From a virus, in IMG/VR virus record IMGVR_UViG_3300045003_000166, positions 1-64,000 of that record: a stretch of DNA of 64,000 nt; one strand, written 5' to 3'. The notes below the pieces were generated by a model. That model had not been told where the DNA came from, made no database searches, and was given only the letters and a program-made list of their open reading frames with translations. A program made the translations under genes and the position numbers. This document shows positions 55,866 to 64,000 of the stretch, in pieces (position 1 is the first letter of the stretch; every line of letters starts with the position of its first letter).

Positions 55866-57587
55866 GTGAGTACGAAGACCGTCCCCCGGCCCGGGTACCT
55901 GGATGGTGCCACCGCCGAGAACTTCAGCCTCGACGCGTACCTGTCCCGGTTCGACCCGCGCCTGCTCGCCTCCCCCGAAGGCCGGCGCGCCCTCACGCGC
56001 CTGGACCCGCTGCTGTGGGCGGTGGTCTACTTCCGCCACCACCTGGTGGGTGACGCCACCGGCGGCTACGTCGAACACCAGGAACCCGAGCTCGACTTCG
56101 ATCCGGACCCGGTGGTCCCGCCCTCGGCCGAGGTGGCGAAGCACGCCGCCAAGCAGTGGCTGGACAAGGTCACCTTCGCCGACCCGCACCTGGACTGGTG
56201 CCGCCAGGCCCGGCGCTGGATCAAGCGCTCCACCCGCCCCCGGCAGTACCGCGACGCCTACATCGCGCCCCGCGAGCTCGGCAAGAGCACCTGGTTCTTC
56301 CTCATCCTGCCGATGTGGGCGGCGGCCCACGGCCACAAGAAGTTCATCGCCGCCTTCTCCGACTCGTCCGGCCAGGCCGAGACCCACCTGCAGACCTTCA
56401 AGCACGAGCTCGAGACCAACGCCCTGCTGCGGCACGACTTCGAGGACCTGTGCACCGCGGCCGTCCGTAACCGCGGCGTGTCCATGCAGGACACCAAGGG
56501 CATGTACATCGCCAAGTCCGGCTTCGTCTTCTCCGCCAAGGGCATCGACACCAGCTCGCTGGGCCTGAAAGTCGGGAACCTGCGCCCGGACCTCCTGCTG
56601 CTCGACGACGTCGAGCCGGGTGAGGACAAGTACTCGGACTACCAGGCCGAAGGCCGGCTGAAGACGATCCAGGACGTCATCTTCCCGCTGTCCGAGTACG
56701 CCCGCGTGGTGATCGTCGGCACGGTGACGATGCCCGGCTCAATCATCCACCAGCTGGTCAAGAGCGTGACCGAGTCCGGCGAGGAGCCGGAGGCGTGGAT
56801 CGCCGAGCAGAACCTGCGCGTCCACTACTACCCGCCGATCATCACCCGGCCCGACGGCACCGAGCGCTCGATCTGGCCGGCCAAGTGGTCGCTCGCGTTC
56901 CTGAACGCCATCCGGCACACGCGCTCGTACCTGAAGAACTTCGCCAACTCCCCGCTGGGCGCCGACGGCGACTACTGGACGCTCGACGACTTCGAATACG
57001 GCGCCCTGCCCGGCTGTACGCGCGTTCTGCTGTCCGTCGACCCGGCGGTGACCACGGCGAAGAAGTCGGACTACACCGGGATCGCGGTGGTCGCCTGGCA
57101 GCCTCCCCCGCTGCGGGGCGAGTCCGTGCCGCAGGACGACGTCGAGGCGGTGCGCCGGCAGATCGTCGGGCGCCTGGGCCTGTGCGAGGTCAGGCACGCC
57201 GAGCAGGTAAAGCTCACCGGCTCGGCGCTGCGGGCCAAGATCCTGAAGCTGCTCGAGCAGTACCCGGAGATCGGCCTGGTGATCGTCGAAGACAACCAGG
57301 GTAAGGACCTGTGGCTCGACATCCTGCACCACCTGCCGGTCAAACTGCAGTGCTTCGAGCAGAGCGTGAAGAAGGAGGTGCGCGCGGCCGAGCTGCTCGC
57401 CCACTACCAACGCGGCCGGGTCAAGCACATCAGGAGGCTCGGCGCGCTGGAGGAGCAGATGGTGGCGTTCCCGAAGGGGAGCCACGACGACATGGTCGAC
57501 GCCGTCGGCTCGGCGGTCTGCCGGTTCCTGAAAAGGCAAGACCCTGCGACGCGCAAGCCGCAGGGCCGGTCTGTCGTCTATGCCTGA
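55866..57587 (+). CDS. terL: terminase large subunit
   Basis: APRELGKS Walker A, LLLLDD Walker B, SVDPA, SDYT, FPKGSHDDMVDA; start uncertain. Confidence 0.93.
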   Translation: MSTKTVPRPGYLDGATAENFSLDAYLSRFDPRLLASPEGRRALTRLDPLLWAVVYFRHHLVGDATGGYVEHQEPELDFDPDPVVPPSAEVAKHAAKQWLDKVTFADPHLDWCRQARRWIKRSTRPRQYRDAYIAPRELGKSTWFFLILPMWAAAHGHKKFIAAFSDSSGQAETHLQTFKHELETNALLRHDFEDLCTAAVRNRGVSMQDTKGMYIAKSGFVFSAKGIDTSSLGLKVGNLRPDLLLLDDVEPGEDKYSDYQAEGRLKTIQDVIFPLSEYARVVIVGTVTMPGSIIHQLVKSVTESGEEPEAWIAEQNLRVHYYPPIITRPDGTERSIWPAKWSLAFLNAIRHTRSYLKNFANSPLGADGDYWTLDDFEYGALPGCTRVLLSVDPAVTTAKKSDYTGIAVVAWQPPPLRGESVPQDDVEAVRRQIVGRLGLCEVRHAEQVKLTGSALRAKILKLLEQYPEIGLVIVEDNQGKDLWLDILHHLPVKLQCFEQSVKKEVRAAELLAHYQRGRVKHIRRLGALEEQMVAFPKGSHDDMVDAVGSAVCRFLKRQDPATRKPQGRSVVYA

Positions 57588-57850
57588 TGCGGGATGAATG
57601 GAATGACGGGAGCGGGCAACGTGGCCGGGTCGACGTGCTCGGTCGGTTCGTCTGGCGGGGTGAGGATCTTCGTTCCCGGCTCGTGCAGCGGCATTGGACC
57701 GTCGTCGGGGTTCGGTGCCTTTTCGCACTCGGTGCTCGTGGTTCCGGCGATGCCGTAGTTGGTCCATACGTCCTCGGCCGTGTTCCGGCGCAGGATCCGT
57801 TTGCAGTGCTTGCATGTGGTCAGTTGCGGGAACTTCTCCGGCTCGGTCAT
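57578..57850 (-). CDS. hypothetical protein (inverted island)
   Basis: GGAGG RBS; CKHC. Confidence 0.5.
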   Translation of the reverse strand: MTEPEKFPQLTTCKHCKRILRRNTAEDVWTNYGIAGTTSTECEKAPNPDDGPMPLHEPGTKILTPPDEPTEHVDPATLPAPVIPFIPHQA

Positions 57851-58227
57851 CGTGCCTCCTTGCGTCGGACGATCTTGATAACTGGCGGGGTCCACAGCGG
57901 AGCGTGCTTGCACTTCTCCCGGCCCTTGTCGCACTCCGTCAGGTGGTCCTCGCGCAGCACCTCCACCCAGGTGTGGAACGCGGCCCAGGCCGTCTTGTGC
58001 GTGCCGAAGACCTGCCAGGTGTCCTCGGAGTCGTAGTCGTTCGCGACGATGACGAACGGATGCTCGTGCTCGCCCATCGGGATCAGGCGGTGGAGCTCGA
58101 CGAATCGGGCGTACTCATCCGGGATCGCGTACTCGGCCTCGATCCGGTGCGTCGCCTCGCTGGCGAGCAGGCTGGCGACGCCCGGATCGACTGGTGCTTC
58201 GGTTTCGGGGTACTCGGCGACGATCAT
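57847..58227 (-). CDS. hypothetical protein (inverted island)
   Basis: ATGA-coupled chain. Confidence 0.5.
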   Translation of the reverse strand: MIVAEYPETEAPVDPGVASLLASEATHRIEAEYAIPDEYARFVELHRLIPMGEHEHPFVIVANDYDSEDTWQVFGTHKTAWAAFHTWVEVLREDHLTECDKGREKCKHAPLWTPPVIKIVRRKEAR

Positions 58228-58535
58228 GAGGCGACCCATTCCGACGTGCAGATGCTGCACAAGGACGTGTAGTTCGGGTTGTCGGCGAGTTTGGCGGGAG
58301 GCAGTCCGCAATGGCGGTCGTGGACCATGTCGAGTGTCCATGCCAGGCAGTCGTGCCGGTAAAGATCACCGCTCACCCACGACCACACGCGTCCGAAGCG
58401 ATCGACGACGTCGGGGTGTTCAGCGCGCTCCACTTCAGCCAGGGCAGCGCGTGCAGTCTGCCACTCGCGCACGAGCAGACTTGCAGGTCCGTCTTGCGTG
58501 GTTTTTGTCTCGATCTCAGTGAAAGCGGCAATCAT
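58224..58535 (-). CDS. hypothetical protein (inverted island)
   Basis: ATGA-coupled chain. Confidence 0.5.
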   Translation of the reverse strand: MIAAFTEIETKTTQDGPASLLVREWQTARAALAEVERAEHPDVVDRFGRVWSWVSGDLYRHDCLAWTLDMVHDRHCGLPPAKLADNPNYTSLCSICTSEWVAS

Positions 58536-58855
58536 GCGGCGACCTCTTCCGGGATGAACTCGTGCGCGAACCCGTCGGTGTCCTTGTGCCGCTTCAACAG
58601 CCACGCGATGTCACGGTCCGGCTCGCGCCGCCAGGGCCGCGTCTGCTCACGCATCCAGTCGTGCCAGTGCACCTTCGGCGCCTTCGGGGCACGACTGCCG
58701 GTGGCCTTGTACATGGGCAGAATCGTGACCGTGTGGAGCGGCTCGAGCTGCCAGTCCTTGCCCCAGCCGCGGCCGGGCAGGCGGAACTGGTCGACGATCT
58801 CCTTCGGCAGTTCTTCCTGTCCGCGGATCTGACCGCTCCAGTCCAGCGTTGCCAT
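58532..58855 (-). CDS. hypothetical protein (inverted island)
   Basis: GGGGAG RBS downstream of the motif promoter at 58907-58921. Confidence 0.55.
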   Translation of the reverse strand: MATLDWSGQIRGQEELPKEIVDQFRLPGRGWGKDWQLEPLHTVTILPMYKATGSRAPKAPKVHWHDWMREQTRPWRREPDRDIAWLLKRHKDTDGFAHEFIPEEVAA

Positions 58856-58891
58856 CGTCTCTCCCCTGTCCGGTTCCCTGCCGACACCTCC

Positions 58892-58921
58892 ATTGTCCTG
58901 CGCGATGTGACTATATGTCAA
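58892..58921 (-). promoter_or_regulatory. motif promoter
   Basis: TTGACATATAGTCAC, 18-nt spacer, GACAAT. Confidence 0.7.
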
Positions 58922-58940
58922 GACAGAACCCGTAAATAAA

Positions 58941-58978
58941 GGCCGCCCGCGGACTGGGGGGATAGTCCACGGGCGGCC
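58941..58978. terminator. hairpin terminator
   Basis: GGCCGCCCG(C)GGACT...AGTCC(A)CGGGCGGCC followed by TTTATTT on the minus strand. Confidence 0.7.
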
Positions 58979-59082
58979 CGGCTCGGCACCCGACAGGCGC
59001 TCGGGGGTTCGCCTGTGCAACAACGGGCGCCGGTTACGCGCTCGACGCCGCAGCGTTGCCAAATACCGACGGCGGAGCGCGG

Positions 59083-59156
59083 TCCCGGGAACAGGATTTG
59101 AACCTGTGACCAGGGCTTGATAAGAGCCCCGCTCTACCTGGCTGAGCTACCCCGGG
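59083..59156 (-). tRNA. tRNA with UAU anticodon (Ile), atypical C37
   Basis: CCCGGGG/TCCCGGG acceptor; TAGCTCAGCCAGGTAGAGC D arm; GGGCT-CTTATCA-AGCCC; ACAGG-TTCAAAT-CCTGT. Confidence 0.85.
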
Positions 59157-59201
59157 TGGGAGAGGCCGGGCCGTCCTAGTCCCGGTCCGGCCTCTGCGTC
59201 C

Positions 59202-59231
59202 ATGATGCGCAGACACGTGACTATCTGTCAA
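59202..59231 (-). promoter_or_regulatory. motif promoter for the tRNA
   Basis: TTGACAGATAGTCAC, 18-nt spacer, CATCAT. Confidence 0.65.
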
Positions 59232-59317
59232 CCCGTCCGCGAAACCGGTCCTTATCGCCAGAAGGCGTAGGGGTCGCTACCCTTGGACAAGTAGTTGATA
59301 TTCAAGGGAGGACGTGC

Positions 59318-60994
59318 GTGGCCAAGGGGCAGCAGCGAGCCGCCAACCCCGACCTGATGGTGGGGTTGCAGCAGCTCGCCAACGGGCTGCCCGACTACCA
59401 CCGCGCAGAGATGTACTACGAGTGCACCATGCCGGAGTTTTTCGCCAGCATCCGGCTGCGGCGCGCGCTCGAGCGCACCGGTGTCTCCTTCCGCTTCAAC
59501 CTCGCCTCCACCCCGGTCGATGTCATGGCGGACCGGCTGGAGATCGCCTCCCTCACCTGCCCCCAGGATGAGCAGGCCGACAACGCGCTGCAGGCGATCT
59601 GGCAGCACAACCTCATGGACCTGACGGCCGCGTCGATGCACCTGCGGGCCGGCGAATTCGGCGACGCCTACGCGATCGTCTGGCCGTCCGCCCCCGAGCC
59701 GGACGAGGACGACGAAGGCGACGACGCCGGGAACGGGGCCAACGACGCCGCGATCGAGCAGTCCCGCCGCGCGCTCTCCCAGCGCGGCAGCTCGGCGTTC
59801 GCCACACGCGGCGTGCACCAGGTGCCGGACGACGTGGACACCGACGTCGACATCTTCTACAACTCAGCGAAGACGACCCGGATCATCTACGACGCCGACA
59901 ACCCGCGGGTGAAGCGGTTCGCGATCAAGAAGTGGACCGAGCCCGCCCCCCTGGGTTCGAAGGCGAAGCCGCAGACCCGGGTCAACCTCTACTACCGCGG
60001 CCGGATCGAGAAGTACATCTCGGCGCCCAACTCGAAGGGCAACCAGCTCAAGGACTGGCTGCGCTACGAGGACCCGGAGGACGGCGGCTGGCCGATCGAG
60101 AACCCGTTCGGCGAAATCCCGGTATTCCACTTCCGCACCGAGATGCCGTACGGGTCGCCCGAGCACCGCGGCGCGTACGGGCCGCAGGACGCCATCAACA
60201 AGCTGATGATCACGCAGATGGCGACCATCGACTACCACGGCTTCCCGCAGCGCTACGTGATCGCCGACCCGGGCAACATGAGCGACGAGCTCGCCGACTT
60301 CGACACCGACGACGACATCAACCGCTTCGAGGACACCGGCCACGACTCCACCCTGCGCTCCGGCCCGGGTGAAGTCTGGTGGCTCAACGGCGTGCGCCAG
60401 GCCGGCCAGTTCAACCCGCCCAACCCCGAGGTGTTCCTGCAGCCGCTGGACACCTACACCCGGATGATGGCGCAGATCACTCGCACGCCGCTGCACTACT
60501 TCGATCCCCAGGTCTACAGCCGGTACGCGCCGTCCGGCGAGTCGATCCGGGCGAGCGAGGTGCCGCTGCTGAAGAAGGTGCGCAAGCGCCAGATCGCGTA
60601 CGGATCGGCGTGGCTGGAAATCTTCCGCTTCGCCCTGAAGGTGGCCGGCATCACCACCGACCCGGCGCTGGATCTGCGCTGGGTACCGGCGGCCACGATC
60701 GACGACCAGGTCGGCTGGGCGATGATCATGCAGAAGCAGCAGGCCGGCGTCCCCGTCCGGCAGACGCTGCTGGAAGCCGGCTACGACCCGGACATGGTGG
60801 ACTCCTGGCTGGTGAACGGCGAAGGCCTCGAGCAGCGGGTGAACCTCCTGTCCAAGATCGCCACCGCCGCCCAGGCGCTGGGTACCGCGACCGGGTTCGG
60901 CGTGCTCGAGCCGACCGACGTCAACAAGGTGATCATGAGCGTGCTCGAGCTTGACGACAAGACACAACCCGAACTCACCGTGGGGACGGCGTGA
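59318..60994 (+). CDS. portal protein (SPP1 gp6-like)
   Basis: ENPFGEIPVFHF, QDAINK, FPQRY, PSGESIRASE; follows the terminase. Confidence 0.92.
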   Translation: MAKGQQRAANPDLMVGLQQLANGLPDYHRAEMYYECTMPEFFASIRLRRALERTGVSFRFNLASTPVDVMADRLEIASLTCPQDEQADNALQAIWQHNLMDLTAASMHLRAGEFGDAYAIVWPSAPEPDEDDEGDDAGNGANDAAIEQSRRALSQRGSSAFATRGVHQVPDDVDTDVDIFYNSAKTTRIIYDADNPRVKRFAIKKWTEPAPLGSKAKPQTRVNLYYRGRIEKYISAPNSKGNQLKDWLRYEDPEDGGWPIENPFGEIPVFHFRTEMPYGSPEHRGAYGPQDAINKLMITQMATIDYHGFPQRYVIADPGNMSDELADFDTDDDINRFEDTGHDSTLRSGPGEVWWLNGVRQAGQFNPPNPEVFLQPLDTYTRMMAQITRTPLHYFDPQVYSRYAPSGESIRASEVPLLKKVRKRQIAYGSAWLEIFRFALKVAGITTDPALDLRWVPAATIDDQVGWAMIMQKQQAGVPVRQTLLEAGYDPDMVDSWLVNGEGLEQRVNLLSKIATAAQALGTATGFGVLEPTDVNKVIMSVLELDDKTQPELTVGTA

Positions 60995-61206
60995 TGGCAG
61001 GCAAGAAGGCCGCGGCGAAGAAGGTGCCCGCGAAGAAGACCGCCGTCCCGGCGAACATCGCCAAGGGCGCTCGGGTGAAAGACCCGAAGGGCAAGACCGG
61101 TGTCGTCACCTCGGTCACCGGCCAGATCGCGAAGGTGAAGCACGACGACGGCACCACCGACACCCACCCGCTCGGCGCTCTGTCCCCCGCCACCCGCGAC
61201 AAGTAA
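60991..61206 (+). CDS. small basic SH3/KOW-like protein
   Basis: Lys-rich N-terminus; KGARVKDPKGKTGVV. Confidence 0.55.
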   Translation: MMAGKKAAAKKVPAKKTAVPANIAKGARVKDPKGKTGVVTSVTGQIAKVKHDDGTTDTHPLGALSPATRDK

Positions 61207-61216
61207 GGACACGGAC

Positions 61217-61435
61217 ATGACGATGAGCAAGCCCGCCCGGGCGACGGTGAAGCCGACCGCGCACGGGTACCCGGCCGTGAAGAAGGCACGCGCCGTACCC
61301 GCCATGCGCACCGACGCGCTCGGCCGGGCGAAGGCGAAGGCCCCGATGGGTGGTTCGCCCGCCGACCACGTGGTCGCCCCGCCGATCGCCGCGCGCACCG
61401 TGGACAGCAAGACCATGGGCAAGCGCCTGAAGTGA
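61217..61435 (+). CDS. small basic protein
   Basis: AAGGA RBS; coupled to the next gene. Confidence 0.5.
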   Translation: MTMSKPARATVKPTAHGYPAVKKARAVPAMRTDALGRAKAKAPMGGSPADHVVAPPIAARTVDSKTMGKRLK

Positions 61436-63342
61436 GCACGGACCCGGGCCAGGGATCGGGCGCGCCCGATTCCTTCGGCCCGGTCACCGACGCCGTCTTC
61501 GCAGCCACCGCCGCCTACACCGCCGACCTGGCCGCGCTGGAGGACCAGGCCGCGGCGGTTGCCGCGGGCCCTCTGCGCAACGGAGTCGCCGAGTTGTTGC
61601 GGCGCCTGACAGCCCTGTACGCGCGCTTGGCCGGATCACTTGACGCCCCGCTGCCCGTGTCCGCCGTCCCGCAGCTGCAGCAGGAGACCGCCGCGGCGCT
61701 GAACGCATTGCGCGCCCTCGACCCGACGCAGGCGATCGCCGACTCCGCCTCACAGGCCTACCACCGCGCCGCGGCGTTCGGGCAAGAGCAGGTGGGCGCG
61801 GTCGCCGTCGACCAGCTGCCCGGCGCGCAGGCGGACGGCGCGCTCATCCAGGCCCTCGACGACATCGCCGGCACATTCTCCTCCCGGATCGACGAGGCCC
61901 AGCAGATCGCGCAGACGGTCGCAACCCTCGACTACCAATCCGCTGTCCTGGACACCGCGGCGAAGGCGGGCCAGGCGGCCGGCCGGGCGGAGGCCGCGGC
62001 CCGCTGGTCGGTGAACCGCGGCGGCAACGCCGGGATGCGCGACGTCGCCCGGCAGCGCGGCAGCTTCCTGCTCTGGGTGGGCGAGCCGACCGCGTGCCTG
62101 GCGTGTGTCGCGTACGTCGGCCACTTCGTCGTCCCCGGCCAGTCGTTCCCGATCGGGCTGACGTGGGGCGACAAGCCTCTGACGCCGTGGCCGGACCCGG
62201 ATGTGCTCGACGGTCCGCCGCTGCACGCGAACTGCCTACCTGGAGACGCCCTCGTAACGTCCCGTAGTCGAATTACGGGTGCGACCTCTCGGGTATACAA
62301 CGGTGAGCTCGTCGAAATCAGAACTCTGGCAAACAAAGTCTTCACCGCTACCCCCAACCATCCGGTATTGACGGACCGCGGTTGGGTCGCGCTCGGCTGC
62401 CTCGATAAGGGAAGCCACGTGGTCGGCACCCTCGGCAGTGAAGGGGTAGTGCTTCGAGACCAGAATGATCACCACGTGCCAACCCGCATCAAGCAGGTAG
62501 CGGAAGCGTTTTTGGGCTCGGGCCACGTGGTCTCCCGAGAAGTGCCAGTGGCCGCCGAAGACTTCCACGGCGACGGTACCGGTAGCGAGGTCGCAGTTGT
62601 AGGGACCAATCGCCTTTTGCGGCGTGGTCTCGATCCCTCGCTCCGAAAGCACCCTGCGGAGATGGTGCTCGAGCGGGCTGGAGTGCGATTGCCGTCGTTC
62701 TCTCGTCCTCGCGCTGCGGAGCAGTTCACCCTCAGTCCTCTTTCGTCCGCGGACTGCAGCATGGGCCGCTTCCGCCAGACGAGCACGCTCGAGAGCGGGA
62801 GTCTGAGCCATGCGTACGTACATGGCTTCACTACGCCCTCGGGGTTCGACTCCTTGTTCCAGCAGGAAGCGATGGATTGTCCGTCGGCTGACTCCGCTGA
62901 CTTCGGCCAGTGCCTTCTCGCTGGTTCCAGTGGCGTAGAGCTCGATCAGGTCATCAGCGTTCGCCGGTACCCATTTTCGGGACATGTCTACAACCTTGAG
63001 ACGGAGGCAGGATGGTACATCAGCAATGGAATTGTAACCCATAACTGCCGGTGTGAGCTGATCACCTGGCTGGGGCCGGCCGCCCTGCACCCGGTGGACA
63101 CCGCGATCTACCACCGGCCCGAGCTGCAGGGGAACGTCGACCTGGCCGCGGCGATGCGCCGGGAGGCGAAGCGCGCCGTCCTGCGCGGCTGGTCGCTGCC
63201 CAGCGAGTCGGAGGCGGTGCGGCTGCGCGGAGCCGAGCGGCTGCTGCGCGCCGGGTCCGGACTGCCGAAGACGGTGGAGGCGCGGGCCCGCAAGGCGGTC
63301 AAGGACAGGCACTTCCCCGATCGCCGTCATGTCAATATCTGA
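61432..63342 (+). CDS. MuF-like minor head protein interrupted by an intein
   Basis: ACLAC and PPLHAN|...|CRC motif split by a Hint domain. Confidence 0.85.
   Translation: MSTDPGQGSGAPDSFGPVTDAVFAATAAYTADLAALEDQAAAVAAGPLRNGVAELLRRLTALYARLAGSLDAPLPVSAVPQLQQETAAALNALRALDPTQAIADSASQAYHRAAAFGQEQVGAVAVDQLPGAQADGALIQALDDIAGTFSSRIDEAQQIAQTVATLDYQSAVLDTAAKAGQAAGRAEAAARWSVNRGGNAGMRDVARQRGSFLLWVGEPTACLACVAYVGHFVVPGQSFPIGLTWGDKPLTPWPDPDVLDGPPLHANCLPGDALVTSRSRITGATSRVYNGELVEIRTLANKVFTATPNHPVLTDRGWVALGCLDKGSHVVGTLGSEGVVLRDQNDHHVPTRIKQVAEAFLGSGHVVSREVPVAAEDFHGDGTGSEVAVVGTNRLLRRGLDPSLRKHPAEMVLERAGVRLPSFSRPRAAEQFTLSPLSSADCSMGRFRQTSTLESGSLSHAYVHGFTTPSGFDSLFQQEAMDCPSADSADFGQCLLAGSSGVELDQVISVRRYPFSGHVYNLETEAGWYISNGIVTHNCRCELITWLGPAALHPVDTAIYHRPELQGNVDLAAAMRREAKRAVLRGWSLPSESEAVRLRGAERLLRAGSGLPKTVEARARKAVKDRHFPDRRHVNI
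62233..63045 (+). mobile_element. intein (271 aa)
   Basis: Block A CLPGDALV, block B TATPNHPVLT, block F VYNLET, block G THN followed by Cys+1. Confidence 0.92.
62236..62985 (-). CDS. antisense-encoded HTH plus DUF559/Vsr-like endonuclease nested in the intein
   Basis: LAEVSGVSRRTIHRFL HTH; SPLE...QKAIGPYNCDLA...VAVEVFGGHWH...KRFRYLLDAGWHVVII. Confidence 0.8.
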   Translation of the reverse strand: MSRKWVPANADDLIELYATGTSEKALAEVSGVSRRTIHRFLLEQGVEPRGRSEAMYVRMAQTPALERARLAEAAHAAVRGRKRTEGELLRSARTRERRQSHSSPLEHHLRRVLSERGIETTPQKAIGPYNCDLATGTVAVEVFGGHWHFSGDHVARAQKRFRYLLDAGWHVVIILVSKHYPFTAEGADHVASLIEAAERDPTAVRQYRMVGGSGEDFVCQSSDFDELTVVYPRGRTRNSTTGRYEGVSR

Positions 63343-63397
63343 GCATCAAGTCCTATAGTTGACGCAACGTCCCCGGACTCCGCGATGGAGGCTGTAC

Positions 63398-64000
63398 ATG
63401 CTGATCGAGAATCCCTTCGCCCCGCTCGGCTTCCTGGGCGACGGCACCGCGGTCTACCCCTTGGCCGGCGCCGAGCCGCAGGAGGGCGAACTCGAGATCG
63501 AACCCGAAGACGAGGGCGTCGAGACCGGCGACGAGCCGGAGGACGGCGCCGACGCAGAGCCGGGTGGCGACGACGAGAAGGAGAAGCTGCGCGAGGCGCT
63601 GCGCAAGGCGAACGGCGAGGCCCGCAAGTACCGGCTGCAGGTGCGCGAGATGCAGGCGAAAGCAGCCGAGGCCGCGGTCGAGGAGGTCGAGGAGGAGGCG
63701 GCGCAGACCGGCGCTGAGGTCACTCCCGCCCAACTCAAGCGCGCGGTGGACAAGGCTAAGGCCGACGCCACGAAGGCGGCCGAGATCAAGTACCGCAAGG
63801 TCGCCGTCAACGCCGCCGCCCAGTCCGAGTTCGTCAAGGCGGGCGCGAAGGCCGCGAACGTGGCCAAGCTGGTGCGCCTTCTCGACGTGGACGACGTGGA
63901 CATCGACGCCGAGACCGGCGAGGTGACCGGCGGCCTGGCCGAGCAGATCGACGCCCTCAAGGACGAGTTCCCGGAGCTGTTCACCCCGGCGGAGGCTGCG
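63398..64000 (+). CDS. capsid scaffolding protein (partial)
   Basis: GGAGG RBS; acidic N-terminus; LRKANGEARKYR; LKDEFPELF; runs off the window. Confidence 0.8.
   Translation, partial: MLIENPFAPLGFLGDGTAVYPLAGAEPQEGELEIEPEDEGVETGDEPEDGADAEPGGDDEKEKLREALRKANGEARKYRLQVREMQAKAAEAAVEEVEEEAAQTGAEVTPAQLKRAVDKAKADATKAAEIKYRKVAVNAAAQSEFVKAGAKAANVAKLVRLLDVDDVDIDAETGEVTGGLAEQIDALKDEFPELFTPAEAA

Noticed and set aside
55626-57587. Possible intein in the terminase large subunit
   Set aside because: No Hint blocks or HN-C/S/T junction; the ATPase and nuclease motifs are contiguous.

Overview
The whole window is a GC-rich temperate siphophage of a filamentous actinomycete (Streptomycetaceae/Catenulispora-like host inferred). 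Phage genes flank the integrase on both sides and no host genes are visible, so it looks like the unintegrated, permuted form. Order: tail module (1-10.7 kb), antisense glycosylation cluster, lysis genes, a long leftward early region (15.9-48.8 kb; Ro60/Y-RNA locus, developmental-regulator homologues, immunity pair, primase-PolA fusion, helicase, integrase), an AT-rich divergence region (~48.8-49.3 kb), then rightward late genes (terminase, portal, intein-containing MuF-like protein, partial scaffold). Highlights: (1) a Ro60 gene preceded by four Y-RNA-like units, three of them circularly permuted tRNA mimics with different anticodon loops, plus a Ro-site hairpin next to its own RBS; (2) an intein whose endonuclease is encoded entirely on the antisense strand; (3) BldN-, WhiH-, WhiI- and BldC-like sporulation regulators; (4) an orphan FxSxx-COOH-like peptide with an altered core; (5) a 15-bp promoter/operator motif present about 15 times. 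All family assignments are by-eye motif recognition; no database searches were run. Several short hypothetical ORFs in the early and late regions are not listed individually.
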